NCBI RefSeq assembly: GCF_001194135.2
Contig: NC_068998.1
Span: 34,558,787 to 34,622,786, forward strand
Origin: Octopus bimaculoides
Lineage: Eukaryota
Reading direction: 5' to 3'
DNA length: 64,000 nt
The notes beneath the pieces were generated by a model, which did no database searches, was not told the origin of the DNA, and worked only from the letters and a program-made list of their open reading frames with translations. Both the position numbers and the translations under genes were made by a program. This document shows positions 1 to 13,162 of the stretch, piece by piece (positions within the stretch are counted from its first letter, which is position 1; each line of letters starts with the position of its first letter).

Positions 1-229
1 GGCACATAAAAGACACCATTTTGAGCGTGGCCGTTTTCGTGCGGGTGACACGGAAAAGCACCCACTACACTCTCTGAGTGGTTGGCGTTAGGAAGGGCAT
101 CCAGCTGTAGAAACTCTGCCAAATTAGACTGGAGCCTGGTGTTGCCATCCGGTTTCACCAGTCCTCAGTCAATTCGTCCAACCCATGCTAGCATGGAAAG
201 CGGACGTTAAACGATGATGATGATGATGA

Positions 230-232
<3 letters not shown>
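1..232 (+). mobile_element. 3' tail of RTE-clade LINE family (5' end outside window), ending in (GAT)n
   Basis: Near-identical to 60021-60260 and 58240-58505; ends ccaacccatgctagcatggaaagcggacgttaaac(gat)n, matching the 3' UTR of the RTE copy at 48615-50447. Confidence 0.85.
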
Positions 233-265
<33 letters not shown>

Positions 266-757
266 GCTGCTTTCTTGTATACGAGCAAAGCCATTGCTAA
301 AAAGAAACACTAAAATGAGTCACTGATGATGCAATGAGAGGCCCTTGTATGGCTCTTGAGCCTTACCAAAGATTTGCACATTCTAGTACATAATGCAGTT
401 GTGCTGGCTAGCAGAGGGTACAGGTTCCACAGCATGAATTTTGTGCCTTTTTAGGTTTCAGACAGCAATGTACATGCAAGATGTTCATTTCCTTTTCCTC
501 TCCACCAATACCTGTGCTTGAAGCTTTTTTGAAGAAAACTTTTGCACAGAACTAATTCCACTCTCTAAACTACAAGGCATGATCCAAAAAGAAGAGCAAG
601 TTTACATCATTGGGTGCATTTGCAGTCACGAGTTTCATATCAGACTGTCCTTTACCCAATTTTTGTCCAATCAAAGGCTAACCACAAGGCACCTGTGAAG
701 CATTTGAATTCATAGTTACTTTCTCCTAGATAGATTGCCTTCCCCAGAGTTCCATCC

Positions 758-852
<95 letters not shown>

Positions 853-2104
853 CTGGGTCATCCCATAAATAATACAGATTTTTTATATTTCATTTCTTTT
901 TCAAAATTAAGATAAACAAACTCTCCTTCACTTTCTACAATGCTCTTCCATCTATCTGGTAGACTTGCAAGGGCTCTCTTCTGAAATTCACTTGTTCGTG
1001 ATGAAAAATACCCTTCCAGTACTGTTCTGACGTCATCTACAGAATTCATATTTTTTCCATTAAAATGATTTTGAAGACAGTGGAATAAATGATAATCAGA
1101 TGGAGTAATGTCCAGCGAATATGGTGGGTGGGGTATCATTTCCTATTCAAACAGCTCTAGCCTTTAGAATGTCATCCTTGCTGTATGTGGCCAAGCATTA
1201 TCCTGATGGAAAAACACCTTCCATCTTGAAACCAAAGATGGTCATTTTTCCTCCAGTGCTAATTTAAGCTGCTCAAGCTGCTCACAGTAGATTTCCGTTA
1301 TTATTTGGTTTAGGTTTAAAAGTCCAAAGTGGACTAAACTTATCATTTCCCACCAAACAGATAACAACATCTTACGTGGGTGAAGAACTTCTTTAGCCTA
1401 GGGTACTGGTGTTTCTTCTTTACCTACCCTCTGTCTTTGGCACTTGATATTTTTATAAAGAACCCATTTCTTGTCAGCAGTCACTATTTGGTCCAAAATA
1501 GATTTATTCGTGAGACGTGACAGCACGCATTCACTCTCTGCATGTTATTAGACTCAGAAGGTTTGTGAGGAACCCATTGACCCAATTTGCTGACTTTTCC
1601 AATGGCATGCAGGTATTGATGAATGGCTGAATGACCAAATCCAAGCTTTTGTGCTAGCTCCTCAACATTTTCAATGGGATTTTGTTCCACCAGGATTTGC
1701 ATGACATCCTCGTCAAACTCTACAAATCTTCCAGGACAAGAGTTGTGTTCTAGGTAGTAGTTTCCAACTTGGAATTTCTGGAACCATCATTGACACTGGC
1801 TTACACTTATTGTCTGATTCCCATATACTGCATTAATATTCCTTGCACTTTCCATTGAGTTGTTGCCTTTATTGAACTCATAAAGCAAAACATGCCGAAG
1901 ATGCTCCTTTGTCACTTCCATTATAGCTTTGGAAAAAAAAAACTGTCAGAATTGAACTGCACCCTTCAAAACTTGCATTAAGAATAAGAAAAAAGGTAAA
2001 ATTACTACCTGTTTTTATAAACAAGTTGATGCAGATAGTTTATCCTGTCCTCCTCCAACTTTTAGTTCATGCAATTGAAAAATCCACATTATTTATGGGA
2101 TGAC
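853..2104 (-). mobile_element. mariner family A, near full length, degenerate transposase
   Basis: TIR gggtcatcccataaataat after TA at left, its complement at 2086-2104 (then N gap); minus-strand motifs WVPH, IVTADKKW, FHQDNAWPH, HPPYSLDITPSDYHLF. Confidence 0.95.
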
Positions 2105-2114
2105 NNNNNNNNNN

Positions 2115-2145
<31 letters not shown>

Positions 2146-2230
2146 GTATATATACCATAAACATATACATGCACATACATACATACATACATGCATGTAC
2201 AAATCCACACACATATTGTTCATTTGTTTA

Positions 2231-2457
2231 TTCTTTTATTCTTTTACTTGTTTCAGTTTTTTTACTTTGGCCATGCTGGAGCACTGCCTTTAGTCGAAAA
2301 AATTGACCCCAAGATTTATTCATTGTGAACCTAGTACTTATTCTATCAGTCTCTTTTTGCTAGACCGCTAAGTTACTGGGACATAATCACACTAACATTG
2401 GTTGTCAAGTGATGGCGGGAGGACAAATACATACATACAAATTTATACATATATAAT

Positions 2458-2547
<90 letters not shown>

Positions 2548-2690
2548 GATGTGCTTCTTTCAGTTTCTGTCTACCAAATCCATCCACAAGGCTTTGGTCG
2601 GCCTGAGGCTATAATAGAAGATGTCACACAATGTGACTGAACCTAATACTTCATGATAATAAAGTGAACTTTCTATCCAAACAATCAGGC
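2231..2690 (-). mobile_element. tRNA-derived SINE family 1 (bipartite, internal CA/TA microsatellite)
   Basis: Tail revcomp ...ccagcatggcc...ctgaaacaagtaaaagaa; head half gatttggtagacagaaactgaaagaagc; homologous to more than 10 copies in window. Confidence 0.85.
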
Positions 2691-3124
2691 CAACTGTTAG
2701 AGGAACCAATGGGAAATAAGTGAAATGCCTATTATTAAAGCTGCTGCAGATCACTGATGACAACATCTATAATAATTAAAACTTTCAATTGCAAACTGTC
2801 TCCAGTAAACTCAGCAGCGATTCCCAGGTTTATATGAGCCAATAAACTATAAATGTTACCCAGAAAAATATTGGCTTTGAGCAAAATCAAAACAAATCAA
2901 TTATGTTCAATTGGGAATTTTGTCCTAGTTTGTTTATCCAATATGTCTTTTGCTTTCTTTTTTAAAGAATGGTAAGGTGTGACGACCAAGATATTTGGTT
3001 GCTATTTAAAGCAGGTAGAGTGATAATGGAGAGACTTCCTTGAATCTTATCTTTATTGGAAGGAAAATGTAGTAGCAATAAATGTAACCAAATAAATGAA
3101 GTATGTCATTTAAGACTATTTTCC

Positions 3125-3527
3125 AGGCATGCCTGTGTGGAAAGAAGTTTGCTTCCACACCACATAGACCTATATTCAATCCTACTGTGTGAAATCTTAG
3201 GCAAGTCTCTTCTACTATAGCCTCAGGCTAACCAAAGCCTTGTCAATGGATTTGGTAGACAGGAATCGAAAGAAATCCATCACATCTGTGTGTGTGTGTG
3301 TTCATTTTAGTCTGTGTTTGTCCCCTACCACTGCTTGACAACTAGTGTTGGTATGCTTCATCCGCCATAACTTAGCAGTTCAGCAAAAGAAACTGATAGA
3401 ATAAGTACCAGGCTTAAAAAGAAAATTAGTTTTGGGGTCGATTCATTTGACTAAAAATCCTTCAAGGTGGTGCCCCATCATGGCCACAGTCTAATGACTG
3501 AAACAAATGAAAGAATAGATAAAAGAT
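3125..3527 (+). mobile_element. SINE family 1 copy
   Basis: Degenerate A/B-box head, ggcaagtctcttctactatagcc, internal (TG)n, tail atggccacagtctaatgactgaaacaa. Confidence 0.85.
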
Positions 3528-4609
3528 CATTTTCCTTTAAAACATTTCAAAATTCAGTGTTCTAAACATTTAGTGCTTCAATCTATCAGCAAACTAATTT
3601 TTGGAATATTTGAATTTAGCCTTGTCATTTTTGACTTTCTCACATTCAGCTTTATAATTAACAATTCTTATGTGGCCACAAGATCTGAGCTGATTGGTTT
3701 ATAATTGGCTGTTAGCATTTTATCATATCTCTAAGTCATATACTTAACTAAATTTATGTATCGCAATACTCATTAAGGAGCATCAAATTTATGAAGAAAT
3801 ATATCACTCATTGAATTCAGTATCTAAACTTCTATACAGCAGCCTGCGTGGTTGATGAAATGATAAAAAGAAAAACGGAAAAGTAAAACCTGTCCTTGTT
3901 CAACATTTTCTTAACATTTCTTATGAAACCTATTACTACATTTTCTTTTTCCTTTTTCATTCATTAAAGAATGAACTTTGGATATCATGAAGTTTCTTTG
4001 TTGAGTATCTGAAGTCCTATCTGCATGAGTAGGCTGAGAGGTTGTTCAGTGGTGTGCATCGAATCTAGACTTATGTACTGTCTAGCTGTAGATTGTCAGT
4101 CAGATTTGGAAAACAATTCCACTTGATGATAATGGTTTCTGGTTGCTTATGTTATTCGGATTTTCCAGATTGCTATTTTGGGAAAGAATTATTGCTGAAG
4201 AAATAAGTGTGTGTTGTTATATACTGATTATCAGCAACTTCTTTCATGGTTTCATTACTATGAAGTTTTTAGTCGAGCATTCCGCTTAATGCTGTAACAA
4301 ATAAATAAATTGATATGAGAGATCTGCTTAAACAGACACGAAGGTTAGCTGAACATGCTATCATTCTACCATGTCTTTTACCTTCATGACTATAGCAATA
4401 GAAACTATCAATACCCATCCACCGTTGCTTGTGTGTATGTATATATGAATGTATATGTGTAAGAGTTGGGTATACTCTGTTTGTATGCATATGTGTAGGA
4501 TTGCAATGGTTAAGTTGATAGGTGCTGGTGTAATAGTTTCTGGTCAAGCTTTTAATATCCGCTACAATATCACCTGCATCAGTGCACCTAGATGCATTAT
4601 GAATACACA

Positions 4610-4760
4610 CATGTAGTAATTAGAGGGTTGTGCTCATAATTTTAAGACTGTTGGTTCAATTCCCAGTCCAAGCAGTGCAATTTGTCTTTGAAAAAGGTAC
4701 TTCATTTCGTGTTGCTTCATTTTACTGCTGAAATGTGTACCAAAGACAGCTGGGGTTCAT
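4610..4760 (+). mobile_element. tRNA-derived SINE family 2, degenerate
   Basis: B-box-like ggttcaattccc followed by sequence resembling the reverse complement of 17585-17830. Confidence 0.5.
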
Positions 4761-5779
4761 CTTGCAATACACTGAGAACTTTTATAGAGAGGTCTTGTAA
4801 TCTGAAAGTCCCTTAAATATCTTAGAAACCTGGAAAAACTGTGGCCTTATCTGTGGGTTTGAGATAAACTTTACTTCTTTAATACCCATCTAGATCATCA
4901 GTGTTATCATAACTATAACTAACTTTAAAGTCCTAATAGTTCTTCTCATTATTATCATTTAGTTTTAGCTGTTCTTTTCCCATGTTCATTGGTGATAGAG
5001 ACAGTTCTGCCAAATCTGTATAATTTGATCTGCAGCTTCTCATGTTCTCACCTTATCAGTATTACTGTGGCATCATTTAGTTTTGATTTGTATTTTAAAT
5101 CATATTTTCTGAAAAAATAACTTTGTCGATTACAATTTTCCACTAGGTCAGCCACATACACTTTCGCAAAATTTCTGATGGGTAATATTGATAAGGAAGC
5201 ATCTGTGCAGCCGAGGCAGAACAAATATCATACAGAATTTTCACTCAAAATTGGTTTTCAAAAATATATATATTACCAAAGGATACATAGACACAGATAC
5301 ACACAGACAGACACACACACCAACACACACACGCATGCACACACACCACTATTGCTACCTGTATAGAATGTCTCTCACTGTCATCCTACTTTGGTTGCTT
5401 TGTATGAATAAATAATAGAAATACTTCTTGATGTACACACCTTGGTCTTTGGATAAATAGAGCTCAGTCTGCTATAATTAATTGGACTAGGTTTCTAGTT
5501 TAAGGGTAACTTCTACTTTCCTTCAACCAGTCTCATATCCCTGATAAATTTAAGGGATGTGGTTACTACTTTGTATTCCTTGTACAAAGTAAAATGATAA
5601 AGAAAGATGCACCAGAACATACCATATATTATATACAGTGGTGCATCTGCACCACTGACTCACATGCTACAGACACTACAGAACGAAATTCATAAAATCT
5701 ACGTACTGATACTTGTAAAACCTCTTTAGCATCTTCTCTTAAACTATAGCCGTTATCGTACAGACAAGTTCTGATATGT

Positions 5780-5980
5780 GTGTATGTGTATGAGTGTGAG
5801 TGTGTGTGTGTATGTGTGTGAGTGTGTGTGTTTGTGTGTATGTGTGTACATACATACACACACACATAGACACACATGCATATACATATATATATATATA
5901 GACATCTATTTGTGTATGTATATTTTATATATATGTCATATGTCAGTGTGTGTGTACATATATATACACAAGATATATAA

Positions 5981-6047
<67 letters not shown>

Positions 6048-6230
6048 CATACATATATTGTGTATACATATGTGGACACACACACACATACACACACACA
6101 CATATGTATATCAATATCTGTTTATGTATGTATACTTCTTTATATATATGTTATATGTGAGTGTATGTGTGTGTGTATATATATATATACACACACACAC
6201 ACACATATGTGTGTGTGTGTGGTTACAGCA
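5780..6230. repeat. Compound (TG)n/(TA)n/(CA)n microsatellite block, representative of many (e.g. 760-852, 22440-23040, 31310-31820, 37750-38030, 40926-41034, 47280-47520, 55960-56330)
   Basis: Direct inspection; explains the YI/HT/CV-repeat ORFs in the track. Confidence 0.95.
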
Positions 6231-6368
6231 TTAAAAAATTCTGATATTTTCTTGTAATCAATGTGTTGAAAAAATGTATTTGTCTGAGATTTACTTTTAA
6301 TCTATAAACACGACAGCAGAAGGTGAACATCATGTTTCTATACTAAATAGATAGAAATATACTACAGC

Positions 6369-6768
6369 TTTTATCTTTTACTTGTTTCAGTCATTAGACT
6401 GCGGCCATGTTGGGGCACTGCCTTGAAGAATTTTTAATTGAATGAATCAACCCAAGTACATATATTTTTAAAACTTGGTACTTATTCTATCAGAGTCTTC
6501 TGCTGAACTACTAAGTTACGGGGATGTAAATACAGAAATACCATGTATCTAGTGGTGGTGGTGGTGGGGGGGGGGGCAAACACAGAAACAAGACATGCAC
6601 ACATAGATATATACATACGATGGGCTTCTTACAGTTTCCATATACCAAATCCTTTTACAAGGCTTTGGTCAGCCCAAGACTATAGCTGAAGATGCTTGCC
6701 CAAGGTGCTATGCAATGCTATTGAACCTGGAACTACGTAGTTGGAAAGTAAGCTTCTTACCACACAGC
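6369..6768 (-). mobile_element. SINE family 1 copy
   Basis: Same tail and head halves as other copies, reverse orientation. Confidence 0.85.
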
Positions 6769-7506
6769 ACTTATACATCTATAACATCTATATCTTTAAG
6801 CACCACAAGATGATATTTAAACCAAATTGCTATAATATATATGTTCAAGTGAATATTTCAAACACCTCTTTAGGCTCATAAGTGTAATGTATAGAACATC
6901 TACTGACAACTAACTGCAGTTCAAATAGTATAACATCTCATAATGAACTGCAGGCACAACATTACAACAACCATTATATCTACCGATAGCTCATATTCAA
7001 GACTACAATATCTATAAATCTTTTAGTGTATAGTGATTTTGAGTCTGTGTAGTATTGTGGCCATGCTGGGTCTATTACTGTGACCGGTGCCACCATGACA
7101 AGCAGGGTTTTACTTCAAATAATATTAACTCTTGCAAGTATATCCATTTGGTGCTTATTTTACTGATCACTGTTTATGGAACCATTAAGCAATGGTTTTT
7201 GACATCAAGGACAAATTGACTCTAGTTTACACCAGTAAATATAAACATTGATATGGAGACAGGCAGATGCAACCACAAACACACATATACACACACAATC
7301 ACTTATATCACATACATACTCATATAATATTATCTTGGTAATAACCTTATAGCATGCTTTCCAAAGCTCTTCTTTGGGTATCAGCTACCAGATGCTATCA
7401 TAAAGTAGGACTCCTCCTGTTACTGGAGGAGTCCTACTGTATGATAGGAGTCCTATGTGGAGATTCACAAGTATCTACAGAGTGTATACAAGAAAATTTT
7501 AATACA

Positions 7507-8761
7507 AGAAGATGGAATGAAAAGGTTTTATTACAAATCACTACAATTGTTTTGGTGTATCATTATCAGCTGGTAATTGCTGAATGTTACATTTATTATA
7601 CACATCACTGCATTAATATGGTTCAACAAATGCTGTATTCAGATGAGTAGGGTTCAAATCTCAGCTAAACATACACTCCTATTTTTCACTCTTATGAATG
7701 TATCTCCTTTCATGCTACTCTACATACAAGCCTCCAAATACACTTATATAGAAATACTTTTCTCCATATTTATATCCATTCATTTACAATTTTGAGACTA
7801 TACTCAAAAAAGAAATATAATACTATGGGGTAACCTTATTAGGTTTGTTTGTTCTGACCTACTAAGTTCTAAGTATCATGATATCTCCATTTACGTATAA
7901 TAATGCTACTTTGGAAATACATGCAATATTCATTCTTTAACCAGGTCTTGCAAGTACATATTAGTACGTCATGGAAAATAGATCTGTCCTGTAGTTGTTT
8001 CACTTTTAACCAAATAACTTTACACACATTCAAATTATTATGAAATTGTATAATTTAGACTGACAAAAGTACAATCATTCTAATAATGATAATAAAAACA
8101 CTTTCAATGAATATATTTTTCAATAAATAAATAAGGCATCAGAGAGGCGATGCCTGTTCTGTGCACACACAAGGATAAAATAAAATTTAATTCAATAATC
8201 TCAGACGAATTCATATTTCAACAAAATGACATCAAGAGTTATTTCCCCTGCTTATCGTTTCTGCATATGTGACAAAGAAAAAAACATTTTGATTCACGCA
8301 ACCAAAATTTAATGAGTTCGAGCCATTCATCCAAAAAGTATTTCTGCCAAATTTGGTTAAAATCTTTTCAACCGTTTTCCAGTAATTTTGCAAACACAAA
8401 GACAAACAGACAAAGGCATGTGACTACAATACCCTGCTTTCGCTTACATGTACAGGGTAATGATTGATACAATATCAAATATCACAGAATTCTCCAAAAT
8501 TCCAAAATCGAGCTTTTAACTCTATGGTTACATGTTGGAACAATTTCAGAGTGTTTGTTAATAGCATTATCATTGCATAACATTATGTCTTGCGTTTCTT
8601 CCAAGCAAAGTATGTGCTTTAGAGTTTGCCTAGTATACAGCTTTTGTTGGACCATATTAATGCAATGATGCATATAAGTAACATTCAACAGTTACCAGCT
8701 GGTAATGATGCACCAAAACAATTGTAATGATTTGTAATAAAGCCTGTTCATTTCACCTTCT
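7507..8761. repeat. Inverted repeat pair (arms 7507-7638 and 8635-8761) around about 1 kb spacer
   Basis: Left ttattacaaatcactacaattgttttggtgtatcattatcagctggtaa versus revcomp of right ttattacaaatcattacaattgttttggtgcatcattaccagctggtaa. Confidence 0.85.
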
Positions 8762-8775
8762 CATATAAAGTCATG

Positions 8776-8819
<44 letters not shown>

Positions 8820-9319
8820 CAAGCATATTTGAACTGGTAACAAGTTTGTATTTATAGCCATCACTGCTTATTACTTTCATCCCATGCAATATACACATTT
8901 ATACACATACATACATACATACATACATACATACATAACATAGGGTGGCACTATATTCTCTCCTGCTGAATCTTACCCACATTCTAATCACCCTCTTACT
9001 CTCAGTAACTCCCTGATGCTACTTTTCATTTCCCTCCTATTAACTTCTTCCTCGACAGTACCCNNNNNNNNNNTCAACAATAATCCTCTATAACTCTAAG
9101 AATTGTCTTGGATCTTAATGAACCATCCAGTACCATCACTGGATCCATTTGCTCAATCTGTACTACTACCTTCATCATTTTGACCTCTTCATCTCCCTCT
9201 TTTCTACTCAATAATCCCTAGCACTACTCTTCTTCTCCTCTCTCTTCTGCCTCCTATACTCTCACCCCATCTTCCTACAATAGATTAGCTCCTGCTATCA
9301 ATACGGGCTCCTTTTTGAT

Positions 9320-9560
9320 TTGCATACTGCAAGGTAATTTGCTTATGGTAAGGCAACCTCTTTAGTGCTGGTGCTGTGAAAAACATGTCCTCAGTACACT
9401 CTGTAAAGTAGTTGGTATTAGGAAGGACATTCAGCACTAGAAGTCAATCCATAGAGAAGGGTTATGAGGAAGATGTGGTCCTCTGACAAGTTGAACTATT
9501 CTATTTATGCCAGCATGGAAAGTAGACATAAAATGATGTTGATGATCACCATCATCATGG
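9320..9560 (+). mobile_element. Diverged RTE-tail-like repeat
   Basis: cagtacactctgtaaagtagttggtattaggaagg...atgccagcatggaaagtagacataaaatgatg resembles the RTE tail; related segment at 40740-40835. Confidence 0.6.
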
Positions 9561-10172
9561 GTGTGTGCATGTGTACATATGAAAAGAATCCTGGAGATGA
9601 TGGTGTGATTGAAGAATTTTTCAAAAATAAATCTTTACTTCATAGTTACAATCACTTTCCAAATACTTCTTATGCATGCAGTAAGATGTAAATATCATTG
9701 TATGATTCAGATTCAAATTTCATTACTAGTGTTCTATACCAATCTAATAGATTTAGTTAGCCTCAGTAATCAAGTACTGTCATTCAACAAATATTCTAGC
9801 ATAAAGATATTTGCTTGTATACTTTTAACAGACAATCCATTGCATACATTAAGAACTCTTGACTGGAATCAAAATCCAACACAAACTAACGAGAAACCTC
9901 TAAGTGGTTACTATCTATTAATGATCTGTGCTAAAAATGATAGTCAACCATTTATGTTTATCTAAGATTTCTCAAAGAAGTGTTATACACTACATAGCTT
10001 TTAAACAAACTAAAAAATCAGAAACCTTGTTGGATTTTCTTGACTTTAACCTCAGTTCATCCCTAACCCAACAGATTTATAGCCAAAGGCCTTCCTTCAG
10101 TTATAATATAATAATGTATGTTTTATGTCACTATATTATTCTATGTTCTCTTTAGTCAAGGTTTACAAGCTA

Positions 10173-10885
10173 CGAAGTACTTTCCAGAACTTTTGAGACT
10201 GTTTCAGGAGAGGCATTTATTAATTTCAAAGAAATACAAAACTCTAATCTCCTTCAAAATAAGATCCTCTGACTTCAATGCACATGTAGTACTCCATCCA
10301 CTTCTTGAAGGCACCATGGAAGTTGTCCAAAGTGAAAGCATCCAGGAGTCTTGTCACAGCCTCTTTCATCTTTTTAGTGACTTCAGAACGATTGCCCCTA
10401 AGCTTTAGCTTAAGGAATGACAAAAAATCACAGGAAGCAAGATCTGAGCTCTAAGTTGGGCAGGGACAGTTTGATACTCATCTCTGTCAAGTAGTTGGCT
10501 ACCAGGATGGAACTGTAAACTGGAACATTGTCTTGGTGGAGGTACTTAGGCCTTTTGTGAAGAAACCTTTTCCTGAACCTACACAAAGCACTCTCTGCTT
10601 ATTGTCTGATCTGAAGGAACCCACTGGGTGTAGATGATGCCCTTACAACTGAAAAAAACCCAGTATCATCATGAGATTCCTGGTGGACTTACTTGCCTGG
10701 TTTTCCTGAGTCTGGGTGAGCCTGGATGATTCCATCAGGCATTCTGTCTCTTGGCTTCTGGATCATAACAATAGATCCAGCTTTTGTCACAAGGCACTAG
10801 AGTCTCAAATATTCTTGGACTGGAGGTAATGAGTTCGATCATCTTCCTATTGTTGCCAACACATATCTACTTCTATTCATTACTG
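10173..10885 (-). mobile_element. mariner family B, 3' half of transposase (truncated by RTE-tail insertion)
   Basis: Minus translation CDKSWIYCYDPEAKRQ and DLASCDFLSFLKLKLRGNRS...FKKWMEYYMCIEVRGSYFEGD*; terminus preceded by TA. Confidence 0.85.
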
Positions 10886-10891
10886 AGCACT

Positions 10892-12095
10892 TCATCATCA
10901 TCATCATCATCGTTTAACGTCCGCTTTCCATGCTAGCATGGGTTGGACGATTTGGCTGAGGACTGGTGAAACCAGATGGCTACACCAGGCTCCAATCTGA
11001 TTTGGCAGAGTTTCTACAGCTGGATGACCTTCCTAACGCCAACCACTCAGAGAGTGTAGTGGGTGCTTTTACGTGTCACCCGCACGGAGGCCAGTCAGGC
11101 AGTACTGGCAACGGTCACACTCAAAATGGTGTATTTTATGTGCCACCCGCACATGAGCTAGTCCAGGGGCACTGGCAACGATCTCGCTCGAAAATCCTAC
11201 GAAGGCCAGTCAGGCGGTACTGGCAACGGCCACGCTCAANNNNNNNNNNNNNNNNNNNNNNNNNNNNNNNNNNNNNNNNNNNNNNNNNNNNNNNNNNNNN
11301 NNNNNNNNNNNNNNNNNNNNNNNNNNNNNNNNNNNNNNNNNNNNNNNNNNNNNNNNNNNNNNNNNNNNNNNNNNNNNNNNNNNNNNNNNNNNNNNNNNNN
11401 NNNNNNNNNNNNNNNNNNNNNNNNNNNNNNNNNNNNNNNNNNNNNNNNNNNNNNNNNNNNNNNNNNNNNNNNNNNNNNNNNNNNNNNNNNNNNNNNNNNN
11501 NNNNNNNNNNNNNNNNNNNNNNNNNNNNNNNNNNNNNNNNNNNNNNNNNNNNNNNNNNNNNNNNNNNNNNNNNNNNNNNNNNNNNNNNNNNNNNNNNNNN
11601 NNNNNNNNNNNNNNNNNNNNNNNNNNNNNNNNNNNNNNNNNNNNNNNNNNNNNNNNNNNNNNNNNNNNNNNNNNNNNNNNNNNNNNNNNNNNNNNNNNNN
11701 NNNTATTTTATGTGCCACCCGCACATGAGCTAGTCCAGGGGCACTGGCAACGATGTCACTCGAAGGTCCTTACACATGCTGCAGGCACAAGTGCCAGAAA
11801 GGCGACGCTGGGCACAGGTGCCATCACGATTTCGATTTCACTTGTCCCAATAAGTCTTCGCAAGCTGAGTTTCATGTCCAATGAGGGAGACGACGTTGGC
11901 ATGGGTGCCAGTCGTCAAATTTCACTTGATTTCGATTTCACTTGCCTCAAGAGGTCTTCGCAAGTGGAAGTTTAGTGTCCAATTTAACTCGATTTCGATT
12001 TCACTTGCCTCAACAGGTCTTTGCAAGTGGAGTTTAGTGTCCAATTTAACTCGATTTCGATTTCACTTGCCTCAACAGGTCTTCGCAAGTGGAGG
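10892..12095 (-). mobile_element. RTE 3' UTR/tail copy with modular repeats and 62-bp tandem units; N gap 11240-11703
   Basis: Starts (CAT)n gtttaacgtccgctttccatgctagcatgggttgg; 3-4 tandem units gatttcgatttcacttgcctcaacaggtct...gtccaatttaactc at about 11925-12095. Confidence 0.85.
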
Positions 12096-12598
12096 AGCAA
12101 ATTTTACATAAATTTTGCCCATGTTTAAATCTTCATCAATAATTATTAGTACGTTTGCCACACCAAATCCAAATTGTACACTCATTGTCTTTATAGACAT
12201 ATGACAGTCATCATACAGAAAATTGGGGATTTTCTCAACCAGTTCGAATGTTCTGAAAACCCTCTACCTCCAACATTCGCATTGTCCCTCACCTCCTCTC
12301 TCTTATCCTGAAATGTCTTGTGCTAGGGAAACACAGATGTTCAGCTCATACAAATTCATCCATTAACACTCTGGTGCATTTCATAAGTTTCTGTACCAAT
12401 TTTGCCCCTTTTAGCACAACCTTATTGCATAACAAGTTTCTAAATTGCCTTCACATCCTGACTGCATTCTGCAAACAAGCGAGCTGTGACAAGCAGTGCT
12501 TAGCAGGGGTGTTCAAAGAATTGTCATAGTCATCTCCTTCAATCTAGAATAAAAAATGTTGGCATGTCAATTGTTAGCTGTATAGTAATGATATTCTA

Positions 12599-13162
12599 TG
12601 AGGGTCAGCTGAAAAATTGCACTTTTGATCAGGTGTCAGAAGACATGGCACCCACTGAGTAGAAACCTTCTTTGTGCTAAGTTCAGTATGCAGAATATTC
12701 TCAACTCTCTCATGGAATATACTAATAGCATTGGCTACTTGACTTGTAGTCAATTACCTGTCATCCATCACTCTGTGGTGAACACAATCAGTGTTTTCCA
12801 CAGTAGTGGCAGTTGTAACTTTGTCCAGACCTCAGGTCATCTTCAAGGTTCTTTTTCCCCCCACTAAACTCAGCTGCCAACTTTTGCACTATCGATAAAG
12901 CTTGAGCATCATCTCCAAATATAGCAACCATGTCAGCATGAATGTCCTTGGGGCCTGAACCTTTCTTCTGCAGGAATTTGATAAAACCATGAAGCTAAAT
13001 TTGATCCATTTTTAGATAAGCCATTGCTAGTTATTTTTGCAGTCTTCATTAAACAGTCAGATGTCAGTTCACCTGGAAAGAAACAATGTAGTAATTAATA
13101 AGAAGGGCTCAGATTTAACAGCTCTAGCATCATCAGCCTATGAACTTTTCAGCCAACCCTCA
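12599..13162 (-). mobile_element. Internally deleted mariner (family D) retaining N-terminal HTH region
   Basis: TA flanks; TIRs tgagggtcagctgaaaaa / tgagggttggctgaaaag; minus translation IKFLQKKGSGPKDIHADMVAIFGDDA...KKVSTQWVPCLLTPDQK. Confidence 0.9.

Noticed and set aside
5629-6257. YIYI/HTHT/CVCV-rich ORFs throughout the window
   Set aside because: Translations of microsatellites
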